From assembly GCF_020885515.1 (NCBI RefSeq), contig NZ_AP024987.1:870001-902000 (forward strand): a stretch of 32,000 nt of DNA, written 5' to 3'. This document shows, piece by piece, positions 28,918 through 32,000 of the stretch. Source of the DNA: a cyanobacterium endosymbiont of Braarudosphaera bigelowii. GTDB taxonomy: Bacteria; Cyanobacteriota; Cyanobacteriia; Cyanobacteriales; Microcystaceae. The notes beneath the pieces are model-generated. The model worked only from the letters and a program-made list of their open reading frames with translations. It had not been told where the DNA came from and searched no databases. Position numbers and translations under genes: made by a program. The number at the start of each line of letters is the position of its first letter. Position 1 is the first letter of the stretch.

Positions 28918-30034
28918 AAATACTTAAAACATATTCTCCTTGATTAACTGAAAAATTAGTAGATAGATCAAAAACAAAGCCGGCTTTTTCTGCATAAATA
29001 TCTATAACCTCAGGCAATTTTCCCTGCTTGTTAAAACTTATAATTTGATAAAGTCTATCCCCTGTTTTTACTTGAGTTTTAAGAATTAATCTACTTTGAA
29101 TCATTCCTCCCGTTGGAGCGTAATAATTTTTTATTTTTTCACGAGAAACTAAATGTATTTTTGTTTTCCCTAAAGAATAATTATGTAATTTCAATATATT
29201 TTTTTTTACCAAATAATTTTTAATTCCAGAAACTCCAGCAATTACAGATTTTGGCTGCATTTCCATTCCTGAACCTAATTCTAATGTCCATGATTCTCGA
29301 TCAATGACTATTTCTCTTCCTAATTTTCGAAACTCTTTTTGTAATGCTAACCAAGGCTTTAAAAAAGCTTCATCAAAGCTATCTCCATCAAAGGTATTCA
29401 TTAGAATTCCATAATCAAGTTTGAAATATATAGCATTTTCTTCTTGTTCTCCGGGAAAACAGAAAAGGTAGTCTATACATTTATTGCTTGAACTATGAAT
29501 ATCAATTAAATAATTTGCATCCATAGCAAGAGATTGCAGTTTATAGCGATATTGTTCGAACAAAGGGGCACTACTAGGGCTTTGGATTTTTTCAGCATGT
29601 TGAGAGAATGCAGCTTTTTGTTGTTTTAAAAAGTTTTCTCGTATTGTTAAACAATCAAAATTAAAGTTATTTTTAACAAAATCTTTTAAGCCAAGAAAAA
29701 CCTTTTCATAATCCCAAAATATTCTATTCCAGTCCTTACCATCATAACTATTGAAACGTCCTGATGAAAAAAAATGATTTCTTTGATTCGTTCCTAACGG
29801 ATTACATACTGGAACTAACCATATTTCTCCATCAATTTGATTTTTATCCAGAGTAGATAAAAAATCAACTAGTTGATGAATCACTGAATTACCTACAATT
29901 TCTGAACCGTGTAAGTTAGATTGAATATAGATTTTCTTATCGCTTTGCTTACCGATAAACTTATATATTTGAATGGATATTTCGTCTCCAGAAGCAAGTT
30001 TAAATAAATTTAATATCTCAATATTTGGTTTCAT
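28904..30034 (-). CDS. Succinylglutamate desuccinylase/aspartoacylase-family zinc hydrolase (M14-like)
   Basis: 376 aa. It has the zinc motif context 'SNLHGSEIVG' (HxxE), 'VPVCNPLG' and a later 'IDIHSS'. The 3' end overlaps the mrdA 3' end by 14 bp in convergent orientation. Confidence 0.75.
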   Translation of the reverse strand: MKPNIEILNLFKLASGDEISIQIYKFIGKQSDKKIYIQSNLHGSEIVGNSVIHQLVDFLSTLDKNQIDGEIWLVPVCNPLGTNQRNHFFSSGRFNSYDGKDWNRIFWDYEKVFLGLKDFVKNNFNFDCLTIRENFLKQQKAAFSQHAEKIQSPSSAPLFEQYRYKLQSLAMDANYLIDIHSSSNKCIDYLFCFPGEQEENAIYFKLDYGILMNTFDGDSFDEAFLKPWLALQKEFRKLGREIVIDRESWTLELGSGMEMQPKSVIAGVSGIKNYLVKKNILKLHNYSLGKTKIHLVSREKIKNYYAPTGGMIQSRLILKTQVKTGDRLYQIISFNKQGKLPEVIDIYAEKAGFVFDLSTNFSVNQGEYVLSIFSLN

Positions 30035-30132
30035 TGAATTTTTTATAAAAAACTAATTAGATAAATACAAACGATTTTTAGTTCTCTATTCTTTGAGGAT
30101 AACTAATATTAGACTGATGATATAACATATCC

Positions 30133-32000
30133 TTAGTCTTGTTTATATGCTTCCATTCCATCACATGAACATACAAGATTTCTATCTCCAAACGCATTAT
30201 CAATACGTCCTACTGATGGCCAGAATTTATTTTTTTTTGTCCAAGGAGAGGGATAAGCAGCTTTTTCTCTCGAATAAGGCCGATTCCATTCGTCACAAGC
30301 TATTTCTATAGCAGTATGAGGACAGTTTTTTAAGGGATTATTGGTACGGTCAATTTCACCACTTGCAATCATTTTTACTTCTTCATAGATTGCTATCATA
30401 GCATTACAGAAACGATCTAATTCTGGTAGATTTTCACTTTCAGTTGGCTCTATCATCATTGTTCCTATTACAGGCCAAGAGATTGTAGGTGCATGAAAGC
30501 CAAAGTCCATTAATCTTTTTGCAACATCTTCTACTTCGATTGACGTCTGTTTTTTAAGAGGGCGTAGATCAATAATGCATTCATGTGCTACATATCCAGA
30601 ATCTCCTTTGAATAAAATAGGATAGTAACTAGATAAACGATGAGCAATATAGTTAGCATTAAGAATAGCTATCTTTGTAGCTTGAGTTAAGCCTTTACTC
30701 CCCATCATAGCAATATACATCCAAGAAATTACTAAAATATTAGCACTCCCCCATGGGGCAGCAGATACTGCACCTATAGAATCAAGATTTACTTCTTTAA
30801 TATCATAAGGATTCATATATTTTTCTATGTTGGTATTAGGAAGAAAACGGACAAGATGAGACTTAACGCCGATAGGTCCTACTCCTGGACCTCCTCCTCC
30901 GTGAGGAATACAAAAAGTTTTATGTAAATTTAGGTGACAAACATCGGCTCCGATATCAGCAGGACGCATTAGTCCAACTTGAGCATTCATATTGGCCCCA
31001 TCCATATAAACTTGTCCACCATGATGATGAATAATACTACAAATATCTATGATTTGTTTCTCAAAAACCCCATGGGTGGAAGGATAGGTAATCATTAATG
31101 CTGCTAAATTATGTTCATACATTTTAGCTTTTTGTTTTAAATCTAAAATGTCTATATTTCCATTTTTATCGCACTTTACTACTATAACTGTCATGCCACA
31201 CATTACTGCACTAGCAGGGTTTGTCCCGTGAGCAGATTCAGGAATGAGACATATATTTCTTTGAATTTCTTTATGCGCTTTATGATAGCGAAGAATTACT
31301 TGCAATCCTGCATATTCACCCTGAGAACCTGCATTGGGCTGCAATGATATTCCAGAAAAACCTGTTATCTCTCCTAACCATTGTTCTAATTGCTGAAACA
31401 AGATACCATATCCTAGTGCTTGGTCAAGAGGAACAAAAGGGTGAATTTTACTGAACTCAGGCCAAGTTACAGGCGTCATCTCTGCAGTAGCATTTAATTT
31501 CATAGTACATGATCCTAGAGGGATCATAGAAGTATTTAAGGCTAAGTCTTTTTTTTCTAGCTGATGCAAATATCTAATGAGTTCATTCTCAGAATGATAG
31601 CTACTAAAAATTGGATCTATAAGATATGGTGTAGTACGTTCGAGATTAAGGGGCAAATGAAAATCTGCTTTATTTATTACTTCTTCGATAGAAAATGGTA
31701 GCTTATCTTGTTCCGCAAAAATTTGCCAGAGCTCAACTATATCATCAACAGTTGTAGTTTCATTTAGACTAATGCTGATTACCCCTTTCTTGAATAATCG
31801 TAAATTTACCTTTTTCTCTAACGCTGTTTCAATAATTCTATTTTGTCTATCTTTCTCTAAACTTAAGTTAATCGTATCAAAAAATGGATCATTGCTTACA
31901 ACATAATTTAACTTTTTTAGACCATCTTTTAGTATGACAGCTAGTTTATATATTTTTAAAGAAATATTTTTTATCCCTTCAGGTCCATGATAAACAGCAT
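30133..32000 (-). CDS. gcvP: Glycine dehydrogenase (decarboxylating), glycine-cleavage P protein; N-terminal ~350 aa lie beyond the window
   Basis: It has '[14 protein letters not shown]' and the PLP-Lys context '[18 protein letters not shown]'. The track's start at 31656 is a TTG. By hand translation the frame stays open to base 32000 ('[10 protein letters not shown]...[19 protein letters not shown]...'), so the gene runs off the right edge. Confidence 0.95.
   Translation of the reverse strand, partial: AVYHGPEGIKNISLKIYKLAVILKDGLKKLNYVVSNDPFFDTINLSLEKDRQNRIIETALEKKVNLRLFKKGVISISLNETTTVDDIVELWQIFAEQDKLPFSIEEVINKADFHLPLNLERTTPYLIDPIFSSYHSENELIRYLHQLEKKDLALNTSMIPLGSCTMKLNATAEMTPVTWPEFSKIHPFVPLDQALGYGILFQQLEQWLGEITGFSGISLQPNAGSQGEYAGLQVILRYHKAHKEIQRNICLIPESAHGTNPASAVMCGMTVIVVKCDKNGNIDILDLKQKAKMYEHNLAALMITYPSTHGVFEKQIIDICSIIHHHGGQVYMDGANMNAQVGLMRPADIGADVCHLNLHKTFCIPHGGGGPGVGPIGVKSHLVRFLPNTNIEKYMNPYDIKEVNLDSIGAVSAAPWGSANILVISWMYIAMMGSKGLTQATKIAILNANYIAHRLSSYYPILFKGDSGYVAHECIIDLRPLKKQTSIEVEDVAKRLMDFGFHAPTISWPVIGTMMIEPTESENLPELDRFCNAMIAIYEEVKMIASGEIDRTNNPLKNCPHTAIEIACDEWNRPYSREKAAYPSPWTKKNKFWPSVGRIDNAFGDRNLVCSCDGMEAYKQD

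Noticed and set aside
1-32000. Possible stop-codon reassignment (UGA=Trp), as in some highly reduced genomes
   Set aside because: All well-recognised proteins terminate at expected lengths, and conserved Trp positions (e.g. petC 'SPWWA', ggpS 'WVHDYNLW') are encoded by TGG. No gene appears truncated at TGA.

Overview
By eye this window is very AT-rich, roughly 30% GC (not computed). Its proteins are clearly cyanobacterial and almost all housekeeping. They are a partial sbcC, dnaB, an ABC1 kinase, a phytol-kinase-like protein, aat, rpsN, an S41 Ctp protease, a GNAT, petC-petA, ggpS, an FKBP, accC, a histidine-kinase-like protein, ndhS, a DASS/SLC13 permease with TrkA-C domains, mrdA, an AstE/AspA-family hydrolase and a partial gcvP. 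There are also three tRNAs: Lys-UUU, Pro-UGG and Phe-GAA. Coding density is only about 75% by my tally. Spacers of 0.4-1.1 kb lack ORFs, and I saw no exact HIP1 (GCGATCGC) copy. I infer from this a genome-reduced beta-cyanobacterium of the UCYN-A or diatom spheroid-body type, but I cannot confirm it without a search. I found no rRNA, CRISPR array, transposase, integrase, reverse transcriptase or recognisable defence or biosynthetic gene cluster. I do not see a convincing new multi-gene system. The features that annotation does not explain are listed here. (1) A set of long, perfect inverted repeats in the spacers, including a 37-bp-arm hairpin that starts in the last codon of the FKBP gene and a 25-bp-arm hairpin between petC and ggpS. 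(2) A histidine-kinase homologue that keeps its H-box but has all ATP-binding motifs substituted. (3) A poorly conserved 2.4-kb stretch next to tRNA-Phe that encodes a 345-aa protein with a possible HTH. (4) A 1-kb ORF-free gap that may hold gene remnants. All functional readings of these are inference.
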